From NCBI GenBank assembly GCA_017849455.1, contig JAFIGX010000007.1, positions 4,208-68,207 on the forward strand: a stretch of 64,000 nucleotides of DNA, written 5' to 3'. The stretch is from Pseudobacter sp. Its GTDB lineage: Bacteria > Bacteroidota > Bacteroidia > Chitinophagales > Chitinophagaceae. Shown one piece after another: positions 41,318 to 49,796 of the stretch. The first letter of the stretch is position 1. Each line of letters starts with the position of its first letter. The position numbers and the translations under genes are program-made. The notes under the pieces were generated by a model. The model was not told the origin of the DNA. It ran no database searches and worked only from the letters and a program-made list of their open reading frames with translations.

Positions 41318-43903
41318 ATGAAATACAAATTAGCGGCAATTCTATTTTTGGCATTATCATTTCAAATATGCTACTCCCAGAGACAAGTAGGCCTCAGTCA
41401 TCAAAGGATTGTCATTGAATCTGTGATCCCTGAAAGTTTTCATACCTGGATGGCCGATCATCCTAAAAATGGTATTCCGTTGGAGTCAGCTAATCCAGAT
41501 TATATTACCCCGGATCCATCCTGGACTGTTAATGATGGAAAAGTTAAAGGTAATAAAGTAACGTGGATACTTTACTCAAACAATCCTGTAGCGATCCGGA
41601 TCCCTTTCCTGATCCAATCGGCATTTGTCTGTCCAGGAGATAGCATCTCTCTTTACTTTGAAGGTAAAGAGCCTGTATATTCCGGCAAGGGCAGCGAAGG
41701 GTTGAATCTGCAACGCAAACTAGAGCTTTATCACAAGAACTTACCGGAGCCAACCCCAAAGGGCTATGTTGTCCTGACATCTGTGGAAGATTACCTAAAA
41801 TGGGATAAATTCCTGGATGAACAGTCGGCATTTATCATTCCTCTTCTTGATTCTTATAAGAAAAGAATATCTCCATCCCTTTATGACCTTATTAAAAAGA
41901 ACGAATTAAAATATATAGAACATCAGCGAGCTGAAAGCCTTCTTTCTTTGAACAACCGCCGTGTGCTTTACAAAAATTCCGGGATAACACCCAACGACAT
42001 GATCACTCTTGCTGATACTAAACTGGATAAATCCCAGGCAGTATGGCTTAGAAATCAATCTGAACATTTTGGAGATCATGACGTCTGGTATTTCTTTCAA
42101 TATAACCGGATCCAGATTGCAAAAAAAGTAGGTTTCGATTTCACCAATGACAGTTTAGACAGGCCTGAGGTTTCAAGGTTGCTTTTTTACCAGACCCTGA
42201 AACAGCGTTATAAAGGATTACTCCGGGAAAGGCTTTTGCAATATTTGATTGCTGAAAGAGTAATCAAGAAAATGGGATACATGCATCCATTGACCTCAAA
42301 ACTCTTAAAAGATTATTACAGTCAGCCCGGCTTCCCTGAATATAAACAATGGATGCGAAATTTTGAGATCAAGGCCAGGAAACTGTATAACTATAATTCA
42401 AGTACAGGCGGGAATCTGGCGCCGGACTTTCAACTGGTCGATACAAAGGGAAACGTTTTTACCAAGTCAGATCTCAAAGGGAAAATAGTACTTCTTGATT
42501 TTTGGTTTTCGGGCTGCAAAGGTTGTGTGGATATGGCCCCGCAGCTCCGTAAGATTGAGGAAGAGTTCAAAAATGATCCTTCTATTGCTTTTGTGAGCAT
42601 ATCTACAGACCAGGACAAAGATCGCTGGCTTTTGAGCATAGCACAGAAAAAATATACTTCCGGCGGCGGGATCAATTTGTATACCGGAGGTCAGGGAATG
42701 AGGCATCAAATGCTAAAAGATTACAACATAACATCCTACCCAGAGTTGTATTTGCTGAATACTGAGGGAGAAATCGCTCAATATCCCTTACCGAATCCGA
42801 GAGGAGATAACGGGCTTGCATTGATAAATCTTATAAAGAAAAAACGTGCAGAGCTGAATGATGGGCCCTATATTCTGTATGAAAAGACTGACACAATGTC
42901 CATAAACTATATAAACCCGTTAACAGGAAGAATTACTGAGGAAAAACAAATAGCTCCGTTGACGCTGTCTATCGGAACAGATAAATACCCAGAAACTTTT
43001 TCTGTACAGCTAAAAACAGAATTACAAAATGAACCTTCAATTTATAATGAGCCTTCAAAGCAACTGGTAGTTTCAGATATTGAAGGCAACTTTGAGGCCC
43101 TCCGGAAATTATTGCAGGCCAGTAAAGTAATTGATTCGAAATATAACTGGATATTCGGCAATGGGCACCTGGTATTTGTAGGCGACATGTTTGATCGGGG
43201 CCAACAGGTAACAGAGTGTCTATGGCTTATTTATTCCCTTGAAGAAAAAGCCAAAAAAGCTGGAGGCTATATCCATTTCATTTTAGGGAACCATGAGATA
43301 CTTAACCTTTGTGGAGATTTTCGTTATACACAAAAAAAATATACACAAAACGCCAAATTACTTAACGAGGATTATAAATCCTTATATGGCTGTAATAGTG
43401 AATTAGGCCGATGGTTAAGAACCAAAAACATTATGGAAAAAATCGGAAATATTTTATACACACATGGAGGGATTTCCAGAGAAGTAAATAACCTATCCCT
43501 CACACTGCCTGAGATCAATGCGCTAATACGCCCTTATTATGCGGATAGAGATAATTTCAAGCAAAATAAAAAAAATCCGGAGTTGAATGTATTGTTTAAT
43601 AGTCAGACCTCTCCCTTCTGGTATAGAGGATACTATAAGAACGAAAACCAAATTCCAATCATAGACAGCACTCTGCAGAAATTTGGTGTCAGGCGGGTTA
43701 TTACAGGACACACAATAATTGCAGATACAATTAGCCTGCATCATAATGGCAAAGTGATCGATATCGATACCCATCATGCAGACGGCAAATCCGAAGCTTT
43801 GTTGATTGAGGATGAAAATTTTTATCGGATAACACCTACAGGAGAAAAAGTGTTGCTGTTAAAGAATGATAAGCTTTTTGCCATAAGGGGGCGGACAAAT
43901 TAA
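41318..43903 (+). CDS. Exported three-part fusion: unknown N-terminal domain (~360 aa) + TlpA-like thioredoxin fold + PPP-type (calcineurin-like) metallophosphoesterase
   Basis: Signal peptide MKYKLAAILFLALSFQICYSQ. Thioredoxin motif VLLDFWFSGCKGCVDMAP (CKGC at 42515-42526). Phosphoesterase motifs VVSDIEGNF, VGDMFDRG, LGNHE and GHT from ~43060 onward. Confidence 0.78.
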   Translation: MKYKLAAILFLALSFQICYSQRQVGLSHQRIVIESVIPESFHTWMADHPKNGIPLESANPDYITPDPSWTVNDGKVKGNKVTWILYSNNPVAIRIPFLIQSAFVCPGDSISLYFEGKEPVYSGKGSEGLNLQRKLELYHKNLPEPTPKGYVVLTSVEDYLKWDKFLDEQSAFIIPLLDSYKKRISPSLYDLIKKNELKYIEHQRAESLLSLNNRRVLYKNSGITPNDMITLADTKLDKSQAVWLRNQSEHFGDHDVWYFFQYNRIQIAKKVGFDFTNDSLDRPEVSRLLFYQTLKQRYKGLLRERLLQYLIAERVIKKMGYMHPLTSKLLKDYYSQPGFPEYKQWMRNFEIKARKLYNYNSSTGGNLAPDFQLVDTKGNVFTKSDLKGKIVLLDFWFSGCKGCVDMAPQLRKIEEEFKNDPSIAFVSISTDQDKDRWLLSIAQKKYTSGGGINLYTGGQGMRHQMLKDYNITSYPELYLLNTEGEIAQYPLPNPRGDNGLALINLIKKKRAELNDGPYILYEKTDTMSINYINPLTGRITEEKQIAPLTLSIGTDKYPETFSVQLKTELQNEPSIYNEPSKQLVVSDIEGNFEALRKLLQASKVIDSKYNWIFGNGHLVFVGDMFDRGQQVTECLWLIYSLEEKAKKAGGYIHFILGNHEILNLCGDFRYTQKKYTQNAKLLNEDYKSLYGCNSELGRWLRTKNIMEKIGNILYTHGGISREVNNLSLTLPEINALIRPYYADRDNFKQNKKNPELNVLFNSQTSPFWYRGYYKNENQIPIIDSTLQKFGVRRVITGHTIIADTISLHHNGKVIDIDTHHADGKSEALLIEDENFYRITPTGEKVLLLKNDKLFAIRGRTN

Positions 43904-44134
43904 TTCAGATATTCAGAGTTCCTGAGATTCCCTGAAATCGCCAAATCCCGGTTGCCTTTGGTAGCCGGGATTTTCAATTTCTTTTTCTTAATGAACAGGT
44001 CAACCACCTGATTTCTATTGATCAAAATGTAATATTCCGCCGCAGTTATAATGCAGCCGACATTACTAATTTTAATGTTATAACTATCAGGCCAGTGGTT
44101 ATAAATATTTTCTAACATTAAAAATTTAGTAATC

Positions 44135-44467
44135 ATGAAAAATTTATCAGTCCAAAAACTGTCCATTCTGGGTCTAGTACTGATGGGTGCTTCAGCTGTT
44201 ACTGCTGCAGTAATGCCTAAAGCAAAACAAACTATTCCTCCAGGTGAATTGAAGTTCATTTCAGCCAGAGCTGGTGTCAATCAATGGACATGTAAACCAG
44301 TTGTTTCTGTATTTAATTGTGATTATACAGCAACTGATGGTGTGAAAAGCTTTACATCTGCTGCTCCTGCCACTACCAGTCTTAACGGACCAACAACTGG
44401 AGTAGACGGTCAAAATACAGGCCTCATACCTGATGCAGCACATAATAACATTAAGAGATCAAGCTAG
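44135..44467 (+). CDS. Small (110 aa) signal-peptide-bearing two-Cys, Ser/Thr-rich protein, paralog A
   Basis: ATG start. The Sec-type N-terminus is MKNLSVQKLSILGLVLMGASA|V. It aligns gap-free over nearly its whole length with the ORF at 47097-47432. Conserved blocks are TCK, NCDYT.TD and SLN.PTTG.DG.NTGL. Confidence 0.6.
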   Translation: MKNLSVQKLSILGLVLMGASAVTAAVMPKAKQTIPPGELKFISARAGVNQWTCKPVVSVFNCDYTATDGVKSFTSAAPATTSLNGPTTGVDGQNTGLIPDAAHNNIKRSS

Positions 44468-44486
44468 TCGTTGCATTTCTTGGCAT

Positions 44487-44531
44487 CAATGGAATAACCT
44501 TTCAAATTCAATCTGAAAAGTTATTCCATTG
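44487..44531 (+). terminator. Hairpin directly downstream of small-protein gene A
   Basis: caatggaataac-(21 nt)-gttattccattg is a perfect 12-bp stem starting 20 nt after the stop codon. There is no strong T-tract, so it could be a partial terminator, an attenuator or a processing site. Confidence 0.4.
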
Positions 44532-44590
44532 AACTTATAAACGATATTTTCATTCGCAAGCAGCCCATTCGTCAGTCTAAAGAAAATCCT

Positions 44591-45688
44591 ATGCGATATA
44601 TATTATTCTTATCCCTGGCAGGAATAGCATTGGCCAGTCAAATCAATTGTTCAATGAAGGTCAAGGAAAGAAATTCCATCAGCACTAGAGGCCCAAGCAT
44701 TATCATTGAGAGTCGACTGCCTGATAATTATGCAAGGTATATAGCAAATCCTTACGATGAAGATATTACAGAACTCGGCTGGATGCCAGTAAATAATATC
44801 GCACTTCGGACTGATTGGAGAGTAGAAAAAGAATTTATTAGGGACAATAAATTAAAATGGATTATATATTCCGATAAGCCAGTGATATCCCATTCGGCTC
44901 TCCTTGGGTACGGGGTCTTCATAAATCCGGGAGATAGCGTTTGCATTATTCCAGAGAAGGATGGTTATAAATATTCTGGCAAAGGGGTTGATGGACTAGA
45001 ACTGCAAGCCAGGATTAGCAAACTCCAAGGTGGAATAAAGAAGCCATCACAAGATCATGATCAATTCGTTAATCTTGACAATTATATGGAATGGAAAAGG
45101 TACCTGGACAAGCAATTGGAATTAATTCTACCTGCCATCGACTCTTACGAAAGGAAAATACCGTCTGCTATATTCAATCTGATAAAAACCCATGCTATCA
45201 ATAGAATTGAAAAGGAACGAACGGAAGTATTCATGAGCTTTATAAATTACAAGACCAGGTATAAGGCAGAAGACCTAACCTTATTTGATTATGTAGCCAT
45301 TTTTGATTCAACCATGAACGGTCCAGCGTCACAGTGGTTAAGATCATACTCAGACTATGAAGGTGATCCATGGTTTTTTTACCAGTATACAAGGATCAAG
45401 GTTTGGAAGAAATACAATTTTGATTTCAGCCATGACAGCTTGGATGATAATAATAAAAGAGTGGATTATTACAGATCCATTAAAGAAGACTTCAAAGGAT
45501 TGCTTAGAGAAAAATTGCTCCAATATACAATTGCACAAGATATAATCAAGGGGTTGCGGTTTGCCCATCCTAAGACTGATAGTATCCTGAACGACTATTA
45601 TAAACAGCCTGGCTTTCCAGAATATAAACAATGGATGAGGAGCTATGAGGATAGCATGAGAATTAAATTTGCAAGCTTAAAAAAATAA
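44591..45688 (+). CDS. Exported protein homologous to the N-terminal domain of the 861-aa fusion protein
   Basis: It has a signal peptide. It is colinear with residues ~30-365 of the 41318-43903 product. Example pairs: YSGKGVDGLELQ vs YSGKGSEGLNLQ, and LLREKLLQY...DYYKQPGFPEYKQWMR vs LLRERLLQY...DYYSQPGFPEYKQWMR. Confidence 0.65.
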   Translation: MRYILFLSLAGIALASQINCSMKVKERNSISTRGPSIIIESRLPDNYARYIANPYDEDITELGWMPVNNIALRTDWRVEKEFIRDNKLKWIIYSDKPVISHSALLGYGVFINPGDSVCIIPEKDGYKYSGKGVDGLELQARISKLQGGIKKPSQDHDQFVNLDNYMEWKRYLDKQLELILPAIDSYERKIPSAIFNLIKTHAINRIEKERTEVFMSFINYKTRYKAEDLTLFDYVAIFDSTMNGPASQWLRSYSDYEGDPWFFYQYTRIKVWKKYNFDFSHDSLDDNNKRVDYYRSIKEDFKGLLREKLLQYTIAQDIIKGLRFAHPKTDSILNDYYKQPGFPEYKQWMRSYEDSMRIKFASLKK

Positions 45689-45701
45689 ACTTTTCAAAGT
45701 A

Positions 45702-46940
45702 ATGCAACCAAGCAGCGTATTCATGAAGGAAGTTATGAAAATTTGGCGAGGTCCAAGAAAAATAGGATGCCCCTACTTACCTAACGTCGTATTACTGGCG
45801 TTAATATTGGCAGCAAATTTCGGCTGCAAGAATAATGCAGAAACCTCTCCCAGCAAATACAATTATATTAAACCTCAATATGACCAGGTCGGATTGAATT
45901 CATCAGCCGATACTATGACCTTCGCACTGGGAGAAAGCACGTACACCGATATTAAATCATTTAACCTCTTTGTTCAAAATGACACAGAATATATATCATT
46001 CTACGATCAGCGTTCGCAGACAATAAATATCTATAATTTTCAATCTCAGCAACAGGTAAAAAAAATAAAACTGAAGAGAACATTCTCTAGTGCTCAATTA
46101 TTTAAAACCACTGTTTTTACCCGGAATTTCGACAGTATTTTAGTCAACAACCAAGCTACATTTTACCAATTAGATTCTAAAGGAAAGATCAATAAAACCA
46201 TCGCCTTCCTTAAAAATCCTCCATTATCCTGGGCAGTTTTCCAAAGTACCAGTCTTCCGGTTTTTAAAGGCAGCCAGATTTATGCTCTTGTACGACCTTA
46301 CGTTAAAGAGCGGTCTCTAAAAGCATTAAAGGAATGGAGGGTATTATACAGGTTCGATTTGCAAAATGAAAAAGCAAACCTCATTTATAATTTACCTGAG
46401 ATATACCAGAAATACATCTATGGCTTCCATTTCCTGGACTACAATTATTGTTATAATGATCATGGCAATTTCGTATTCAGTTTTCCTGCAGATTCCAATA
46501 TCTATGAAACGAATCTCGAAAATTATCATATTGCCTATTATGGTAGAAGCCAGTTTCAAAATGGCCCTATTCAACCAGCCTCTGAACAGGATATATCAAA
46601 GAGTGATGATGAGTATAGAAATTTCTTAAAAAAAGATTCCTATGGCCCCATTTACTTCGATCCTTACATGAAGCGATACCTTCGGGTGTCAAGGTCCGGG
46701 ATCAGAAATACAGATCTTGAAGCAAAAAACTGGCGACAACAGGAGCGCCTTATCATTTTTGATGATGGATTTAAGATCATCGGGGAATCGAAAGTAGACG
46801 ATGAAATTTTACTCAATACAATATTTTTTACCAGGGATGGTAACATATTCGCGAGAACCAGATCTAATGATGAATATGCGCTCCACTTTGTACGCATGAA
46901 GTATGAAGAAAATATCAAGCTTCCCCTTACAAAGAAATAA
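45702..46940 (+). CDS. Lipoprotein of unknown function (possibly DUF4221 / 6-bladed beta-propeller-like)
   Basis: Lipobox LILAANFGCKNN. Asn/Tyr/Phe-rich sequence of about 400 aa. The family assignment is tentative. The start could be 45702 or 45735. Confidence 0.45.
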   Translation: MQPSSVFMKEVMKIWRGPRKIGCPYLPNVVLLALILAANFGCKNNAETSPSKYNYIKPQYDQVGLNSSADTMTFALGESTYTDIKSFNLFVQNDTEYISFYDQRSQTINIYNFQSQQQVKKIKLKRTFSSAQLFKTTVFTRNFDSILVNNQATFYQLDSKGKINKTIAFLKNPPLSWAVFQSTSLPVFKGSQIYALVRPYVKERSLKALKEWRVLYRFDLQNEKANLIYNLPEIYQKYIYGFHFLDYNYCYNDHGNFVFSFPADSNIYETNLENYHIAYYGRSQFQNGPIQPASEQDISKSDDEYRNFLKKDSYGPIYFDPYMKRYLRVSRSGIRNTDLEAKNWRQQERLIIFDDGFKIIGESKVDDEILLNTIFFTRDGNIFARTRSNDEYALHFVRMKYEENIKLPLTKK

Positions 46941-47096
46941 ACCAAAGTTCCTAATACTATCTTAAAGCAGCTCGCCATCTAAATTGTTCATAAAGATAAT
47001 ATTATACTGCGGCCTGAGTGCAGGTGTCTTGACTATTTTAGTACCTAAAAGTGGTCGTGGCTATTAATACTTTACAAAATTCTTAAACTAAATACC

Positions 47097-47432
47097 GTGA
47101 AATACTTATATGGCCAGAAATTATCCCTCTTAGGGTTGGTTTTAATGGGCGCTTCCTCCATTACGGCGGTAGTAGTTCCTACAAAAAAATTTTCATTTAG
47201 TCAATATGGACAATTAATGCTCATTTCTAAAAGAGGAGGAATAATACAATTTACCTGCAAAGCAGCATTTAGTTTAATAAACTGCGATTATACAATAACA
47301 GATAACGCATTGTATAGCTGGACTTCCTATGTTGCTGCAACATCAAGTCTCAATGCACCAACTACAGGTATTGACGGTGACAATACAGGGCTACGCGACG
47401 CGAATGGTGATGGGATTCGTACATCAAGCTAG
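47097..47432 (+). CDS. Small (111 aa) signal-peptide-bearing two-Cys, Ser/Thr-rich protein, paralog B
   Basis: The GTG start is supported by alignment to paralog A (MKYLYGQKLSLLGLVLMGASS|I). It shares the same conserved blocks: TCK, NCDYT.TD, SLN.PTTG.DG.NTGL and a terminal SS. Confidence 0.6.
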   Translation: MKYLYGQKLSLLGLVLMGASSITAVVVPTKKFSFSQYGQLMLISKRGGIIQFTCKAAFSLINCDYTITDNALYSWTSYVAATSSLNAPTTGIDGDNTGLRDANGDGIRTSS

Positions 47433-47489
47433 GCGGCTTAAGAACAAATCCATATTCAACTTATAATGATAATTCATAACTACTCAGAT

Positions 47490-48014
47490 ATGAGAACAAA
47501 AACAGTTTTGTGGGTTCTCTTACTAGCTTCTGCCTGTGGCAAACCCAAACAAAATAGTATTGAATTGATCACCATTCCCGAAAAGCAATCGTCTTTATTC
47601 CAGGATTTAGTGGCGATTACGGGAAAAACGATACCTGATACACTTCTTTCCGATTCATTGGCTTTCCTAATATTACCTGTACAGGCAAGTTGCCCTGCCT
47701 GTCGAAAAAAAACCATTGATAGCATTGCTAAACATCAGAGCGACCTGAACGATAACCATTATATCATCGTTTCAGCCAATGGCGGGCGCAGGGCTATCCG
47801 GGGATATTTCCAGGAACAGAACCATGAACTTCCTGATATCCCTGGTAAATTTTTTATGGACAGTCTAAACCTCGCATATCAGCGTAACCTTTATGTGAAT
47901 AAACCTACCATTTACTTTACTTATAACAGAAAAGTCTACAAGAAAGTAGCTGCAATCCCGGCAACTGTACGTGACGATCTTAGAGAATTTTTTTCAGGGT
48001 ACAGAGATAAATAG
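47490..48014 (+). CDS. Thioredoxin-fold-like lipoprotein with CPAC motif
   Basis: Lipobox LLLASACGK from the Met at 47490. LPVQASCPACRKK (CxxC). Its position corresponds to the thioredoxin segment of the 861-aa fusion. Confidence 0.5.
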   Translation: MRTKTVLWVLLLASACGKPKQNSIELITIPEKQSSLFQDLVAITGKTIPDTLLSDSLAFLILPVQASCPACRKKTIDSIAKHQSDLNDNHYIIVSANGGRRAIRGYFQEQNHELPDIPGKFFMDSLNLAYQRNLYVNKPTIYFTYNRKVYKKVAAIPATVRDDLREFFSGYRDK

Positions 48015-48035
48015 TCCATATCCTGGCAGGAATAT

Positions 48036-48950
48036 ATGTATAAAAAAATAAACATAGCACTCAGCATTCCCAATGCAGATAGACCTGACAGATATTTTGC
48101 TTTCCGGTTACAGCAATGCTTGTCCAATGAACCAGCACTATATGAGATGCCCAGCAGATTATTCGTGGTCTCTGACATTGAAGGAAACTTCCAACCTTTC
48201 TGCCATATATTGATGAGATGGAAGATCATCGATAAATATTTTCAATGGATATATGAGGATGGGCACCTTGTTGTACTTGGCGATTGTTTTGATCGGGGGG
48301 AGCAAGTTACTGAATGCCTGTGGCTGATCTATTCACTGGAAGAAGGCGCCAGAAGAGCAGGTGGGCGTGTTCATTTTATTCTGGGCAATCATGAAATCAT
48401 GAACCTTAATGGCGATTGGCGGTATGTTCATCCCAAGTACGCATACAATACTTCTTCCTTCCACCTTTCCCCAACTGCATTATATGATGCTAACAGTGAG
48501 TTATGGCGATGGCTCTGTACAAAAAATATTGTAGAAAAAATAGGCAATGTACTTTTTGTTCATGGGGGAATTGCCCCTGCACTTCTGGAATATAACCTGT
48601 CTGTACCGGAGATCAATGAAGTAGCCCGGCCGTGGTTCACCAAAGCCAACGGATCGTTCACGGATCAGTTATTGCACCTTCTTTTTAGTGGTGAGGATTC
48701 TCCTTTCTGGTATCGAGGTTATTATAATGGATTGATTACAGAAGAAATTATAGATGTTATCCTGGCAAGATTTGAAGTTACTACAATAATCACAGGTCAT
48801 ACCATGGTGGAGCAGGTACGTAGTTATTTCAATGGTAAAGTAATTAATGTGAATACAGATCATGCCAGTGGAAATTCAGAAGGGCTGGTTATTACAAAAA
48901 ATCAGCACTTTTACCGGGCGATGGATAAGAAGAGAGAAAGAATCAAATAG
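48036..48950 (+). CDS. PPP-type (calcineurin/Shelph-like) metallophosphoesterase, stand-alone paralog of the fusion protein C-terminus
   Basis: Motifs VVSDIEGNF, LGDCFDRGEQVTECLWLIYSLEE, ILGNHE and ITGHT. It is clearly colinear with residues ~570-861 of the 41318-43903 product. No signal peptide is visible. Confidence 0.8.
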   Translation: MYKKINIALSIPNADRPDRYFAFRLQQCLSNEPALYEMPSRLFVVSDIEGNFQPFCHILMRWKIIDKYFQWIYEDGHLVVLGDCFDRGEQVTECLWLIYSLEEGARRAGGRVHFILGNHEIMNLNGDWRYVHPKYAYNTSSFHLSPTALYDANSELWRWLCTKNIVEKIGNVLFVHGGIAPALLEYNLSVPEINEVARPWFTKANGSFTDQLLHLLFSGEDSPFWYRGYYNGLITEEIIDVILARFEVTTIITGHTMVEQVRSYFNGKVINVNTDHASGNSEGLVITKNQHFYRAMDKKRERIK

Positions 48951-48956
48951 TAAAAT

Positions 48957-49796
48957 TCAAAATTGAATAGGCTCCTCGGGCATTCCTTCAGTTGATGTGA
49001 TACTTAGAACATTTGCATTGCTCCAATCGCATAATACTAATTCATAGCGGGTCAGTACCTGCATCAATTCATCATCCGCGCTCTCAAGCCTGGTAATGCA
49101 TAATGAGCCAATATAGCCACTTCTCAGAATGCCATAGTATATATAGTTTTCCGTTCGGATCGAAAAACCATTTTCTACATACCCATGGCCTGCTAAAAAG
49201 ACATTACCCGGTTCCGAGGCACCAACTAATTGACAAAAAAATCCAAAGGGTAAGTCGAGGGAGTTCTTTTCCGATCTTGAAAACTGCTCTTGATAACCCA
49301 GTAGCGCATCCTGTTGGTTAACCAAAATCGATCTAATGGCTCCGATCTCACTTTCAATCTCTGGTAATGAAGTCAATGGCAAAAACTCCAGGTTTCGCCA
49401 GTCGGCCACATTTAATTCTACAGTACGATCCCCGTACATAGGGTTAACGCATATTCCAGGTAGTTCACAGATAGTTGGCGAGCTATGGCGGAACTGAATT
49501 GGGTCTGCGAAGGCAGCATTCTGAACATGCAGAGTAAGCTTTTTACGGTATTGAAATTCATCTGCCAACACAGGATTTGCTTTTAATACCCGCCACTTCG
49601 TATTATCCAGTTCAATGATAGTAGGCTTGTCAAAGCCCGAAGGCAGGATATCGGCCATCAACTTATACTTGCCTATTATATTGTTAGTAACGGCATCAAC
49701 CAGTATTACTGTTATTTTCTTAGGAAATAACATTATTGCAGAGCCAATAATTTTTGCATAATTCATAATACCATTATTATTTAGCGTACCAAGCAT
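48957..49796 (-). CDS. Hypothetical protein (279 aa), translationally abutting the kinase-LanC gene
   Basis: Long ORF whose start codon (49796) directly abuts the stop of the upstream gene (49797). No motif is recognised. Confidence 0.55.
   Translation of the reverse strand: MLGTLNNNGIMNYAKIIGSAIMLFPKKITVILVDAVTNNIIGKYKLMADILPSGFDKPTIIELDNTKWRVLKANPVLADEFQYRKKLTLHVQNAAFADPIQFRHSSPTICELPGICVNPMYGDRTVELNVADWRNLEFLPLTSLPEIESEIGAIRSILVNQQDALLGYQEQFSRSEKNSLDLPFGFFCQLVGASEPGNVFLAGHGYVENGFSIRTENYIYYGILRSGYIGSLCITRLESADDELMQVLTRYELVLCDWSNANVLSITSTEGMPEEPIQF

Noticed and set aside
43900-44280. 126-aa - strand ORF overlapping the 5' end of small-protein gene A
   Set aside because: It has no signal or motif content. 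The + strand ORF is supported by a full-length paralog at 47097-47432, whereas this - strand ORF has no counterpart at the paralogous locus.
44135-47432. Calling the two ~110-aa proteins bona fide class III/IV lanthipeptide precursors
   Set aside because: Their N-termini look like cleavable Sec signal peptides rather than cytoplasmic leaders. The Cys residues lie N-terminal to the Ser/Thr-rich part, with no S-x-x-S-x-x-x-C-type motif. They are on the opposite strand from the kinase-LanC gene. This is kept only as a hypothesis in the findings.
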